DNA of 51,457 nucleotides, filler included, from Sphacelaria rigidula (lineage: Eukaryota): the NCBI GenBank assembly GCA_964200075.2. It is 4 parts of 4 records of this genome, joined end to end, with 100 filler letters (N's around TTAATTAATTAA, not from the genome) between each part and the next. Parts side by side here need not be neighbours in the genome. Positions count along the whole stretch, not along the records: positions 25,782 to 38,570 come from CAXNAA020003418.1; positions 38,671 to 51,457 come from CAXNAA020003419.1; 2 more parts are not named here. One strand, written 5' to 3'. Both the position numbers and the translations under genes were made by a program. Positions 33,800 to 46,754 of this stretch are shown here, piece after piece; positions within the stretch are counted from its first letter, which is position 1; the number at the start of each line of letters is the position of its first letter. The notes under the pieces are model-generated. The model was not told the DNA's origin. It did no database searches and was given only the letters and a program-made list of their open reading frames with translations.

Positions 33800-35440
33800 A
33801 CGCGGAGGGGCGCCGAAAACCCTGAAAAGTCAACCCTGAAACAGCTGTGGGGCCAGAGTAACCCATCTCAGATCCCAGGAGCGTATTCTCTTCACTTGCT
33901 TTCAATGTAGTTCAGCCCCCCGCATTGGGTATAGGGGCCACTTGTATTCCAATCTGTACCAGCGCTGAATGCAAACGGCCGCGCCGATTTGCAAGGAGCG
34001 CCGATTCACGATACCTACTCAGCGAGCAGCCATATACTCTCTACCCCCGTGTGTAGGCTCAGCGTGGATCCTCGGTCGCAAACTGGTCAGGTTAACGCTG
34101 CAGAAAGATCCGCACTACTTCGTGTGTATCAAAATTGATGATGTGGCGGAGCTCGCTTTACAAAAAGCGAGTGAATGACGGAGTATCTTCGTGAATCGAT
34201 TGTGGGTGCATCTTGGTACATCATGTGAAATTCCAATTTCAAAACATAAATGGATGAAAGTGAAGAACACTGGTTGACTTCCTTACCCATAGTCGCAGGG
34301 TATGTTTGATCCATCTGATCTACAGACTAGATCTTTGTCTACAGGGCAGAGCAGAGACGAATTTGAGGACAGGCAAGTTTGAGGTCGGTTCGTAGCTACA
34401 ATCGACAAGGTAACGTGAATACCACATGCCCTTGATGCTATAATCCCAGATACAACTCTGCAGTCCTCTTGTGCAGGATTTTAAGGTCGTCAAACATAGA
34501 TTCATCAGCGGGACAGAGCATGCCGAAAGGCTTTTCATGGAGTCATGTGCCATTCATTATACTCTGGTCTGTGAGCCGACCCGTTGAGCATTCTCACTCT
34601 ACGGGGGTTCTTTGCTCAAGCTCAGGGCCGTCCTGAACGGTGGGGTTTATTTTTTTCAAGTAGTGAAATATTTCAATTACTCGTAGCGTTTCCATGTATG
34701 TTCCGAATAGAAAACGCTCCAGATGACAAATACTGTACAACTATTTGCGCGATGAACGGTTTCGGCCTGCTCGCGAACTTCTACATTCCAGGTGTCACTT
34801 GACTGGCCAGTAACATTATAATAACCCTTAGATCGCGGGAATAGTCCATCTGGGACATGCACACTTTCCTCCAGTAAAGTTGATGCCGATTCAACAGCTG
34901 ACCTACTCTTCTCGCCGTCGAAGTGTTAAACTGCTACCGCGGAGTGTGTGTCACCATGATGAGCCGTGCGAGTATACAAGCAGTACGATCATATATACAG
35001 TGCAGTACAGTGCAGCGAAGCAGTCGTGTCGTGTGCTGTAGCATTGTCTGTCCGAGCTGTGTCTGCACCATACTGCATGAAATAAGGAGTGATGAATTTC
35101 AAGGTGCCCCTCTCCTGAGATAGAACAACAAGTAGAACTTCAAATAAATGTCTACAACAAAATAAACACTGAAATGGGAGAACGTTCATCTCCCCAACCC
35201 GGCGCTCCGAGTTGATTGTGGAACAATACTCCGCTTCAATGGAGACCACCACCATCCTATATTTGGGTCTTTCCAGGATTCACGGCTCAATGACAGTCCT
35301 CTGCACGCATGTTCGGCTCAATCGGCGCCGATTTGTGCTTTGAGAGCGCTCTCTCTGACTGGAGCACCGCATTCACTGCCCCGAGGACCTTCGGTCCGCC
35401 TCGGGTTTGGAGTTTTAGATTGGTGTCAGCAGGCATAATA
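33800..35440 (-). pseudogene. Probable hAT transposase fossil
   Basis: YGADTARTDNATA (35040-35051), TRTAHH and QTRV**MAHDSMKSL resemble the hAT TDNA, C..H and TRW/TRF blocks in order; very degraded. Confidence 0.35.
34825..34925. mobile_element. Diverged second copy of the piggyBac-type MITE (a third partial copy starts at 35442)
   Basis: ATAA|CCCTTAGATCGCG...CATGCACACTT...TTGATGCCGATTCAACAG...AAGTG|TTAA. Confidence 0.8.
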
Positions 35441-36806
35441 ACCCTTACACCGTGGTGCGGGTAGTCCACCTAATAGATCACGGGCACTTTTCCCAAGTGA
35501 AAATTGGTGCCGATTCAGCTAACTTGGCGACAACTCGCTTCTAACGCAACATACACAGCTTCGTAGTATAGCCTTGAAAACGTGGGACAGAAGGAAGGAA
35601 AAATTTTAATTTCGGACACGACATGGCCCCGCCGTACTCGTAGGGTTTTCCATCATTTCTTTACTGCTCTTCTTGTTGCAGGTGGCGTATGAAGTATCGT
35701 CTACTCATGCGCCCCAAGTGATCAAAGTCAAATGATCGAACAGCGAACCGACGACGCGTGGTGATATTCTCGGCTGGTTTCTCACATCTCGTGCGTCACT
35801 TGTCTTTCTCGTTCGGGGAAACACGTGGATTACATTAGCTTGAGGTGTGAGCCGTACCCGTTGTACTATTTCATCTGCCTACAAAAAACATCGCACAGCA
35901 CTGCCGATGCTGCTCTATTTTTTCAGCCATCAAAAGTCGAATTCGAAGGTGGCAAATTATCCCACGCCGGAGGAGGGGGCCGCTCTGACATCGAAGTCTC
36001 AGTAAAGAAAGCTGTGATCATGAACGTTAATGCCTGCAGCTTGCGTGGTCTCAGACGCGGTAGCCGAGCGGTGTTACAAGTAGTGACCATGAAACAAAAG
36101 CTTGTTTAAAAAAACACTTGCTTTACCCACGTTTTTATTACATCGACACAACAACTTTTTTCCTGATTATTTTTGTTGTTTTACTTGTACCCGTGATTCG
36201 TTGCATACTCGTAGCGCTTGCCCCCCCGCGTACGCGGCAGCCGTTCGTTATCGCTCACCGCTACTGATTACAGCCCCTACATAACACAAGTAAAACCTTC
36301 GAGCTTCGACCGTCAGGGTTGTTCACTGGGTCCTCCGGTCATTTTCAAGGGGGAAATGATTTTATCGATGATTCAACAGGTGAACGAACACCCCTGGCGG
36401 TCGAGGGGTTGATCCCCTAGTGGCCCCCTAGAGCACGAAACGTTCAGGATCTTTACTGCAGTACTACTACTCGTAGTTGGAGGCAAAACTCGATTCAGAA
36501 AGAAGTCGTGCTGCATTGGCATAATCCATGGACTCGATGGATTGTTTTTCTTCCAAAGAAGGCTGGTTGAAGGGCCATCGACTCTTCGACCACAAAGAGT
36601 AGAAGAGTATTATTGCGCATCTTTATTGTCTATCACTGTTGAAGGAAATAAAAATGTCAATCGACACGCAAGAGTAGAAAATATTCAGTTACCACTATAC
36701 TGCTGTGTACACTACTACGTAAGGTTTCATTCCAACATGAACTAATTGTTGTATTATCACGGTCGAAAGCCAGGGTCGTTCATCTGTTTATTAAGGATGT
36801 ATATAT

Positions 36807-37202
36807 TACTCACGCTATGATAGGGAGGGGTGCTTGATTCCGCACGAAAAAAGGGATCATAGGTAGGTGTGTCAGACGACCCAACACCCTCCTCCCAGGG
36901 CGCTTGTATTATATATATATATATAATATATATTATATACATACATATATTATATATATATGGGTAAAAACGGTGTGAAACAATATGATTGAGCGTCATG
37001 TATCATCGTGAACAGTAAGTGCGTTCGAATAACCCTTCATGGCTGCTTTCAACGACGTTTTGAAGAAGAGGAATTTCGTGGAAGAAATGGCCCACATAGT
37101 ACCCCCCGCCCCCCCTATCGTATCGTATCAGGTCAATGGTCGAACGACCAAGACAAGTGACAAATAAATGAGTACGCCCCGCCCCCTATCGTATCAGGAT
37201 TC
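36807..37202. mobile_element. Family B MITE copy with (TA)n expansion and an insertion in its right C-tract
   Basis: Shares GTGTCAGACGACCCAACAC and GGAATTTCGTGGAAGAAATGGCCCA with 19872-20126. Confidence 0.85.
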
Positions 37203-38329
37203 TTTTTTTCATCATCATTATTTTGGCTGGAAAAATAACGAATTACCCACATGACCCATCCTGGGGATCAAAACGGTCAACACGCGTTGACCAACAGCCA
37301 GGCAGGGTGGACCGTCTGATGACTCGGTCAGCATCATTTTCCCTTGAACATGAGCGTATAGACACCAATGAACCACCACGTACGTCGTGAAGGGCTTTTA
37401 TAATTGAACTCTTTGACCGCGGTTCCGCGAAGCAGTCCTTTTTCTGATAAGTCCATTAATTTACAGTTGTAGCGACTCGCTCATAAGAAACGAGGCGATA
37501 CTATTATTTGCACTGTATTAAACCAGGCTGAGATTTGAGATTTCAAAAGAAGTTAATAGAAAAATAATGTGGAATAATAAGTGTTCTGTCTCAGCGACGA
37601 CCGCCCGCTACAACAGAACGTAGGCCATTATTATTATGCGATCAACCTTCTTTCCTCGCATGAGATGAGAAACTCAGGTCGAGCCTGACTTTCAGTTTCT
37701 TCTGGTGCACGAGGCAATACTGTTGTATAATATGCGTACAGTAGCCAATATATCACCACTTTGTACCTTGAATCAGCATTGTTTCTTGTATTTACAATAC
37801 AACCAACACCTCTTTTTCCAGTAACAACACAGTTGGGATATCGAATTCACTCGTTGCGGTCAATGGGTCAATCCCTCACCGCAAAGCAGTGCAGTAGAGT
37901 CCATTTGAGTAAACGCAGGCATGCCAATCCACCTCTTCATTTGTGTAAGATGGTAGATTTTTTCATCAACAATTAATTTGCTCGTGCAGTCAAGGGTCCG
38001 TCGAGAGAATTTTTCCGGGCACGGATTTCTCCAAAATTGTCGTCATTTTTTCTTTGTCGATATTGTTGAAAGAAATTTATCAACAAACACTGGCAAACAC
38101 CGAAATGTCTGGCGGGCTTTGCGAGGCTCGTATATTTGCTTTTGCCCCTTACCCGCCCTGTCCCGATGACCTCGGATGCCGGCAACGCTCACACACATCA
38201 TCTACAGTATGTACAGTAGTACACGATTGCGCGGTAGCGACAGCCTGTAGCCAAGGTAGTAACATTATCTCACACCTCGCCAAATTTACCCCGACTAGTG
38301 GTCGGCAGTCGAGGCACACGACACGGAAC

Positions 38330-38570
38330 GACACTTTCTACGATACCCCCCCTCCCCCCCCAAGACCAGCCCAAAAATGTAACGAAGAAAATAGTCATAC
38401 ATCGCCTGATGTTTGGCTTCAGGCTGCATGAAGCGCCTCATATGGGCGACATTGGCGAAAACGAACTCAAGCATTGGAATTCCCACCTGCTCGTGCTCGA
38501 TTTTCATTTCGATTCACGTGTAGATATCACTCTCCCAAAACAGTCACGTTTGGGCGGGGGGGGGGGGCAT
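38330..38570. mobile_element. Family A MITE copy running into the contig end
   Basis: Starts GACACTTTCTACGATA; the reverse complement aligns with 7465-7711. Confidence 0.88.
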
Positions 38571-38670
38571 NNNNNNNNNNNNNNNNNNNNNNNNNNNNNN
38601 NNNNNNNNNNNNNNTTAATTAATTAANNNNNNNNNNNNNNNNNNNNNNNNNNNNNNNNNNNNNNNNNNNN
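38571..38670. other. Artificial contig-joining spacer
   Basis: N44-TTAATTAATTAA-N44. Confidence 0.97.
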
Positions 38671-38763
38671 CCTCCTCGGAGTGAAAGTGACGGGGATCGA
38701 ACCCCCACGACTGACGTTTGTGACGGCTTAAGAGACAACCAACTAGACTACTGACGAGTCAGC
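38671..38763 (-). mobile_element. tRNA-derived SINE head with Pol III A and B boxes, cut by the contig start
   Basis: Minus strand TAGTCTAGTTGG (A box) ... GGTTCGATCCC (B box); no intact acceptor stem. Confidence 0.65.
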
Positions 38764-41163
38764 GCTGACTGGTCAGTACTCTAGTCAGTTGTCTCTTAAA
38801 CCGTCACAGTACCGACAACATCATACTGCGGTTTGACTATTACACAACGGCGTAGCGAAAGGCACAGTTGCTCCACCACATCTGTACCGCGGGTTGATCG
38901 TTCCCGATCGTTGCACAGAATTCTTCATGCTGCATGAGATTCATGACGCCGGCTACCGCTATTGTCTCGTGCCGTCTACTCTCGTGGCCGACTTTTCACG
39001 ACATGCTCATATTTATCTTGCACGGAGTGTAGCCGTGAGTCAATACTGTAACCTACTGTATTTACTGGCTGTAGTGTTTTTCATCTGGCCTGATTACAGC
39101 AGGCGGTGCCCGTTGGCTCCCTCTTGTGTACATGTATATCGCCTGTTCGGACGCCTGCGATTACGCCCGCCATGTACCGCCCGCACAATCCACTGTGCCT
39201 TCCACATGTGGTGACGGGATTTTGCTGGGTTCAGCCATACTATGCTGTATGTACGGTGTGGCTTGGCAAACTCGCCACCCGATGCTACAGCCCGTCAAAG
39301 CGGTGTTTCCCTTATCTATAAATGCTAATATACAAACGTGCCAGGTTGGACCCTGGAGCCCATTGCTGTTTTTTGAATGGAATGCTTCATAGTGGTTTTG
39401 CTGATTTTTGTCGATGGATATATAATTGGACAAACTTCATCTGTTGCGTGGTATGATTGGACAAACCCTACCCAAATTCTCCAGGGAGGACATTCTTCTT
39501 CGGTCTTCCATCATAAAAATGGTTACCGTCGGCCTATTTTGTTTCCATGTTTCTCTCTTCGTCAGGGCTTCTCACAATAAGGCCTTTGGCCAGGGGAAAG
39601 GAGGGGAGGGTTCCTATTCAAATCATATTTCTGCCATCATCCACCACAAAATGTATATTCCAAAATCTAAGTTCAAATAAGGTAAAATCAACCAAACTGT
39701 ACCCGTGGTGTACCATGATCTGTCGAAAGATTCATGCCATCAAATCCACCGACCCCCTGACCTCTTTCTTGACCATAGCATTTCGTTGGAAACACTTGGA
39801 TTCATGTCGAAAACCAAACTTAAAGTAAGGAAATGATTCAGACTATATTGGCATCTCGGTGATACTAAAAACTGAGGCTGATACAATCAAACTCAAATTG
39901 AACTACGGTAACATATACGATACAGTACACTAGTTTCGTACCGAGATCCCCACGTAAAATCAAAGTTATAAACCTGGATGTTCACGCGGTTTTGACGCGC
40001 GCCAGCTATCCTTACGCAAAATAACGACTCCCAAAATGACTAGTGAAGAACGTCAATCATCAACCATTGCAAGTCTGATATCTTATTAAATTGATCACTG
40101 CAGCCATACAGTGGTCGCATCAATGCACCCTCATTCAAAACCAATGAGTCCAAAGTCTCGCTCAAACTTGAAATGGCGCAAAGCCTGGACTACTAACAAG
40201 CTGGAGCCGTCACTGAACGAGTACTTGAGGAGACCACATTCGGAGTATACTATCCTCCAAAATCCATCTCCGGCCTCTGCATTCCTCCTGCCCACGCGCC
40301 CCCCTGCTTCATTCGATCGGCATCGCTCACCCCGCTCCATTTCGCCGGCATCGTCCCCCTGCTACATTCCACCGGCACCGATGACGCCACTCGTGAGACG
40401 GTATTGCCGATAGAGTCGGCGGCAGCGGCAGCGGTTGCTGTTTAGCTGGTGGTGGAGTCCTTGGCAGAGTCGGCGATAATTGCAGTGGCTGCGATGTTGG
40501 CGACGATACCGATGAAGTCGGGAGAGTATGAGGTAGCGGTAGCGGCTGCGATGTTGTCTGCGCGGTAGGTGTTGGTGGCAGGGGCGGGACAGTACCGTGT
40601 AATCGCGGCGGCGAGATAATAAGGTGAAGTCACCGCGGCAGGACAGTATGGTGTGATGGTGACGGCGCGGCGGTATGATAAGACGGTGGCGGGTGAACAG
40701 TGGGGTATACCGGCGACGGCGCGGCTGTATAATGTGGTGGTGGCGGTACAGTATCGTGTGAAGGGAACGACGGTGGCGGCGAAGGCTCGGATTTTACCGC
40801 GTGAATCAGCGACCGCGGGGATGCCGGCAGTTCGGCGACGGTACTAGTTTCATTACTCCCCCCTCGGGCGAGCGGCATCGACGGTGGTTGCAGAAGCTGC
40901 ATACGCAGAACAGCTCGCACAAAAGGTACATCGCTTGCCGAGGAAGCGGACTGGATACTAACACCTGAGGGGTCAGGCATAACGCTTGTAGCGGAAGCGG
41001 ACTGGACAGAGACACCGAGAGGGGAAGACACAAAGATGTGGCGTGAGCCAACACTGGCGTGACAGTATGGAACATATATTTCCTTACTCGGAGGCTCCAA
41101 ACAAAATTTAGTTTCCTTCGTACGCGAACGAGACGCTACAGTAGCCGCAGACGCATCATGTGC

Positions 41164-41790
41164 CGGTAAAGATTCTACGGTAGAACGCGAGGAATCAGAT
41201 TGAGCGGAGTTCGGGGAAAACTCTACAGTAGTAGGGAGATCAGACTCTACATGAGAGGGTAAGGAATCAGCTTCATCGAAAACAAGCCAGCCAGGTGTCG
41301 GTGAAGACTACCACAGAATGCGAGGAGTCAGACTCAGCGGGAACGGGGGGAAATCTATCGTAGGAGGGAGATCAAATTCTACATTGCAGATGGCGAGGAA
41401 TCAGACTCATCGAAAAGAGGCCTAGCATTTCCCGGTGAAGACTACAGTAGAACGCGAGGAATCAGACTCAGCGGAAACGGGGAAAACCCTACGGTTGTTG
41501 GGGGGTCAGACTCTATAGTAGAGGGCAAGGAATCAAACTAATCGAAAACAGGCCGGGCATATGTCGTTGAGGACTCTACCGTAGCACACGAGAAATCAGA
41601 CTCAGCGGAAATGGGAGAAAACGTTACAGTAGTCGAGAATCAGACTTTACAGCAGAAGGGGAAGTCATCTTGCTCGTGGTGGAACGAAACTCGACGGTAG
41701 TAGGGAAATCAGACTCTACAATAGGGGGCGACGAATCATATTCATTGAAAACAGGCCGGGCATTTAGCGGTGGAGTCGTAGAACGCGAAT
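41164..41790. repeat. Diverged tandem repeat, ~133-bp unit, about 4.5 copies
   Basis: Units start at ~41164, 41299, 41433 and 41565 (CGGTGAAGAC...GAGGAATCAGACTCAGCGG...ATCGAAAACAGGCC). Confidence 0.9.
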
Positions 41791-42055
41791 TTCCTTTCCG
41801 CTACTGAGTGAAGGAAAATCAATTTGGCTCGTTGAGGGATGAGACTTTACGGGAGTAGGGGGGAAAGGAGTTCCGCTACTCGATGTGGGGGTGCAAGGCG
41901 AAGGACGAAGCTCTACACACGCAGAAGAATTATTGTCACCATGGGGGAATAAAGAGGTTACGGCTGTAGGCGCCCTAATACGGCCATATCTTGAGTGGAG
42001 ACGCGTGGCTAGCTGCGATGAAGACCGCGACGTGCGGTTAAAACGTATTCTGCCA

Positions 42056-42400
42056 TTACATAAATGCACCCCAGTTGAATTTAGGATTATATCGTGTCTG
42101 CTGGACGTGATGAACGGAGAAGAAATTTAACTTGACGCCTTCTACCACGTAAACATCGGTCAACTGGTTACGCAAATCTGTGGAGGCAGCAGGAAAAAGT
42201 AAAGAAGATCCCAAGTGGAAACTCAATTTCAGACTACCTACTGCCTTGATCTGAAATGCGGTCCCGTCACCCATGATTGCGTTCTCGATGCCTTGAACAG
42301 GAGTTCGTTAATCAGAACGCCATCCATATTCCCTGCGATATGGTATGAAGCACCCGTATCAGCAATCAATTCCTTCGCACTGTCACCCCTACTCGATGCA
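42056..42400 (-). pseudogene. Copia-type aspartic protease, frameshifted
   Basis: ELIADTGASYHIAG; MGDGTAFQIKAVGSLKL; LTDVYVVEGVKLNFFSVHHV. Confidence 0.8.
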
Positions 42401-45039
42401 GTCCCACTTTGTAGCACATCATACCCACGCAAATCGAGATTACTTAGCCGAAAACGAGACTCGCCGTCGGGCATGGAACGCGCCATAAGCAACTGCAGAT
42501 ACTTCGGCTGTTGTGACGCATCGGCAGGAGGTACTGAAGTCGAAGGGGGGGCTGCAGCTTGGTGGTGCTGCTGGTGTGGGGTGAACTGATGAGTAGGGTA
42601 GTACTAAGGGTGTTGCTGCTGCTGTGTGGTTGAGGGTATCCGAACGGGGGTTGCGGTTGCTAGTAGTAGGCATGATATTGGAGTGATTGTTGCTGGTGGT
42701 AGGTATGATGTGGGGGTGGGTGGCTGTTGTTGGTGGTGGGCATGGTATGGAGGCGGGAACTGCACGGAATGGTCGAATCCTGCGTTATCAAAGGCATTTC
42801 CGTCTTGTGAGACGAAGTTGTCATCAGTGACGCAATCTTCGGATTGCTGTACGCAATTTGAATGAGAGTGTGAGCTGCTGGAGGAGTAATCACGAGGGGG
42901 TGGTTTCCCTCGCGATGTGGGGAACGCTGTTTCGGGCGCCTGCAATCCCGATTGCCTTGTCGGCGATCAGCATTTCTTCGGCCGTCACTTCATACATGGG
43001 AATCAACACCCCCATCATAGCATTCATTGCAGTGGCGTAAATTGGATGACTAGGAATGATGGAAGGAGTTGGGGTACCGACGTTGTGGTGAGGAAGGCGT
43101 TGGTTGAGAACGGTATTTCGGGGAATGGTTTTGATGAGATGAACCGCGGTGCCGACGTGGGGAAGAAGGAGTAGCAGGTTATTGGTTTGGGATCTGATAC
43201 CCCCTACGATCAGGGTAGCATTCTCGGCAATGACTGTGCGAACGTGGTGTGTGCTTGTGGTTATGGTTGTGTTGTCTGGCATCGGAATGTGTGGTTGTGG
43301 TGTTGATCGGTGCAGCATACATCCGGGTTGCTTCGCCTTCTGCCCCCCTCCACTGCCCCGTCGTCCCATCGATGCGTCACGGTGGGGAACATAATGAACT
43401 TAGGCGACAAGAGTATGATTTCCTGAACATCCTACCCTACAGCTAGACAAGTCCAATCCGGGGTGCGCAGAATATATCGTACACTCTAGTGTAGCTGTGT
43501 CTATCTCCGGCATTGCAAGCAAGATGCCCCTGTAAATGTCGAAATCCGATTACAGACGACGCACATAATGCCTGTTGGCTTACAATTCAGAAATCACAAG
43601 ACAATATTGCTGTCTCTTGTGTCTGATCAGGTTAACCCTGCTCAAAAAAACTAACGAGGAGTCACCCAACCCCATCTCGAGGTTAGTCGACTCTTGCTCA
43701 AGGCGGGAGTTTTCAGCAGTGGGGGAAACGCTGTGATACTGAGCAAATAATCCCACGCTTCGCTAGGTGAAGCTAGAATCACCAGATTCTTCACTATCTG
43801 AGGATCTGCGATCTGTCCATGATTATGTCCCAAGCTCGTTGAGCCTTATCTACTGCGATATATCCATGCTGTCGTCTCAACTCCTACTCAGTCTCATGAA
43901 AAATCCGTATCGGTACCTGTGAGAACAGTGACTCGAAACACTTTTCCTGTTCAAAATAAGCACATCTTTGCACGTGGAAGACCCGAAGCTTAGATTCACT
44001 GCTCTCCCCTGCCTTCGACGATCCGTCCCAAGGGGAAGTGCTGTCGTGGTCACGTACTCGTACAATGTTCGTGTGGGCTCTTTGCCCTTCCATGTAATCA
44101 TCTTGCCTAGTATCGGGAGAAACTCCTGTGTTGCTCAATTGATCTCAGTTTACTGTATTAGTGTGCTCAGGGTTGCGCTGTGGGCCGGTACTATCTAAAT
44201 GCAAGTTTATCTCTCTCTCTCAAAGTACAGTATAAACTTAGACAAACGATGCGACCTCTCTCTGACTGCTCACAGCGCAAAGTACGCGTTCCGGGTGTAC
44301 CACCTTCAACACTCGTACTACCTGCAATCGAACAGTAAGATGGCTGGATGTTCAGGCCGCCGTTCTGCACGCCTGCTACTACGTCTGCCTACCACTCTCT
44401 CAGCGTGTTAAATGACAATCGCTTCGATGTTCTGTATCAGCTATACAGACGTCCCGAGCCCTGATCCATTCTCTTCCTGTTCGGTACTCTTCATTACACA
44501 TGTAACATGATACCTGTGTGATTCAATTTAATTCAATGATGTGATTGGAAATGTTTTCGTTCCCACAAAACACATATTCCCTTGATTGGGAATATTTCGC
44601 ATTCCGTGATGGCGTTTCGGTTCGCCGCTTCGATCAACTCTCTCTGCTTGGCTTCCATCAGCCGTAACTTTTCGGTTAGCATCTCTTCAGTGCTTCCTTC
44701 CTTTTGGGTATCCATTGCTCAACTGCCTCTTCACTGTCTCTTAGCTTCTTGCTGCTAGTTATCAATCCTCACGCGAGTTCTATGCTCAAACGTCCACTCA
44801 ACCCTCTGTATGCATGCATATATTTCCCGTGTGGGCACGTAGTCGGAGACATTCTCCAATTGTACGGTCTCCGTTCTACGAAGCCATCTTATCGCTAGCG
44901 TTGTCAAAGGCCTCTTGAACGAGGTGCTCAGGACGGGGGGGAAACTGTATCATCACTTGCATCAATCCTCTTCGCTCTCCACTCCACTTTTCACTCACCA
45001 AATACGCACCAAGCAAGCTCCACCAGAGCTGAATAGGTA

Positions 45040-46560
45040 ACCAAAAATTAACTAAGCTCGGTTGGGAAGGACCGTGCGCACACCTTCACATGCGGTACCC
45101 AGTCATACTATGTTCCCGACCACCTGGTTGATCCATTATCATAGCGCCCCCCAAATCTATACTGTAGCACACTCAATCTGCACCTAATCATACGTGATGT
45201 ATTCCTAGCTCATATGTACCAGGGCTCAAGTCCGCAATGTTCTAATAGAGGAGGATCGAGATTTTCTACGAAAGTTACAACGGAAAGCGTGAAGAAGCTT
45301 TTTGGGTCTTCGATGCATATTATTCGTAGAAATCCGACGACGCCGAAACTCCACATCACCGAAATACTACGTTTTGGGACGTTTAACTCGATCCCACACA
45401 AACCGTTTTCAAATCATTTTCTTGCGTTATATTCCCTAGGTGATGACGGCTACTAAGATTTGATTCGTCATGAGATTGGGTTTAAACGGAGTCGAGCATT
45501 CGCATTTTTCATCAGAACAATTTGAAGGCCCCTAATTGGCCGAAAAACATCTTGACTACCAGCACCACGGCAAAGCACGCAAGAAAAATTATGTCCATGT
45601 CACCCTGTTCGCTAGCTCGTGGTGGTCGCTATGAAACCAACTATGTTCATATCGGGTCAGTTTTGCGTTCTGTATCTAGTGGCGAATACGTTTTGGTCAT
45701 TCACGCTGAACCAACCAGCCTGTACGACGTACAGATTATGTCGTTGCAGACTGTCGCTGTATTGACATGCATTTCGGCAGCGTGGTTGTGAGAGAGTCCC
45801 CGGAGTCCGCACAGAGTCTAAGCTGTTCCATATCTACTTACTCGGTGTTCCATCATAAATATTCAGTGTGCCGCTTGGTAGCTGGTCAGCACAAGAGAAG
45901 ACAGGTCGCGATGCAGCGAAAATCCCATGTTTTTCAGATGCGTCAATAGCTAAGAGTTCGTTGCAGAAGTGCGTGATCAACTATAGCTTGACCACCAAGT
46001 GACCCATAGCGTTGAGTACGGGGGCGATAGCGCGGATCATTTATTCGACCATTAGAACAAATACTCCCCTCCCTTCAGGTACATAGACTTACGGCGCAGT
46101 TTACCAATAAGTCTAGTGGCATGGTGTAGACCGTGTCCTCTCGTACTCTACCGGTACTGGCGGATGGTGAGTTTTCGCATCGTTTGTACCTTGATTGAAA
46201 ATGAAATGTTCGGAATTATTAATCGGAGCACATACGATTTTGATGCTTGACACTCGTCACCTCTGGTAGCCACATGGCGGCAACCGGGAAATCATTGAAT
46301 CGGGGCATACAGGAATAGACAATGCGTTAGCTTGTGACCCGTCACTACCAGCTGTAGCATGACAGCCGCGGTCCTCGCCATGCTTCAAGACTTGGCAAAC
46401 TACTCCAGGAAGCGTATCGGTGCGCTATATAGAAAATAATTCAATCACCGCTATGAACAGAGTTGTGACCCACGAGTTGTGGAACTATGTTTGGCTCGGC
46501 AGCATAAACATGCTAAAAAACGCGCCGCGGGCTGATTGCTACTCGGGTTTTCAAATCGGA
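45040..46560 (-). pseudogene. hAT transposase fossil (DUF659-like core plus dimerisation domain)
   Basis: In order: NQPAARFL, GCHATAGSDG, IKIVCSD, HHA/LDLLV, VTWWSS, RWSGT*YDWV; multiple stops and frameshifts. Confidence 0.45.
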
Positions 46561-46754
46561 AGAAACTTGATGGTGATGAAAAGCTCATGGTTGAACGCCC
46601 TACGATTTTGTTCGAGGTTTTGTCCGCTGACAGTCCCGCGTGTGTTTAGAGAATGACGTAGGCGTAGATGAACGCCAGGAAGACATGGGTGCCTGGCAGA
46701 GGTGATTAAACAACAATGTTTCGCCAATGGGAGTAGTGCGATTACCACCTCAAT

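Larger units (their letters stand above)
39840..44506 (-). mobile_element. Decayed Ty1/Copia-derived element with Gag and protease only; diverged candidate LTRs ~39840-40120 and ~44197-44506
   Basis: SPSEAWDYL gag block; LIADTGASYH, MGDG..., LTDVYVVEGVKLNFFSV Copia protease blocks. CTGGATGTTCA plus a GC-rich flank is shared at ~39975 and ~44344. LTR ends are approximate. Confidence 0.65.

Noticed and set aside
38671-38763. Functional tRNA gene
   Set aside because: A and B boxes are present, but there is no acceptor stem or proper anticodon arm.
41164-41790. Tandem repeat as a CRISPR-like array
   Set aside because: Whole units are homologous with no unique spacers; eukaryotic TE context and no cas genes.
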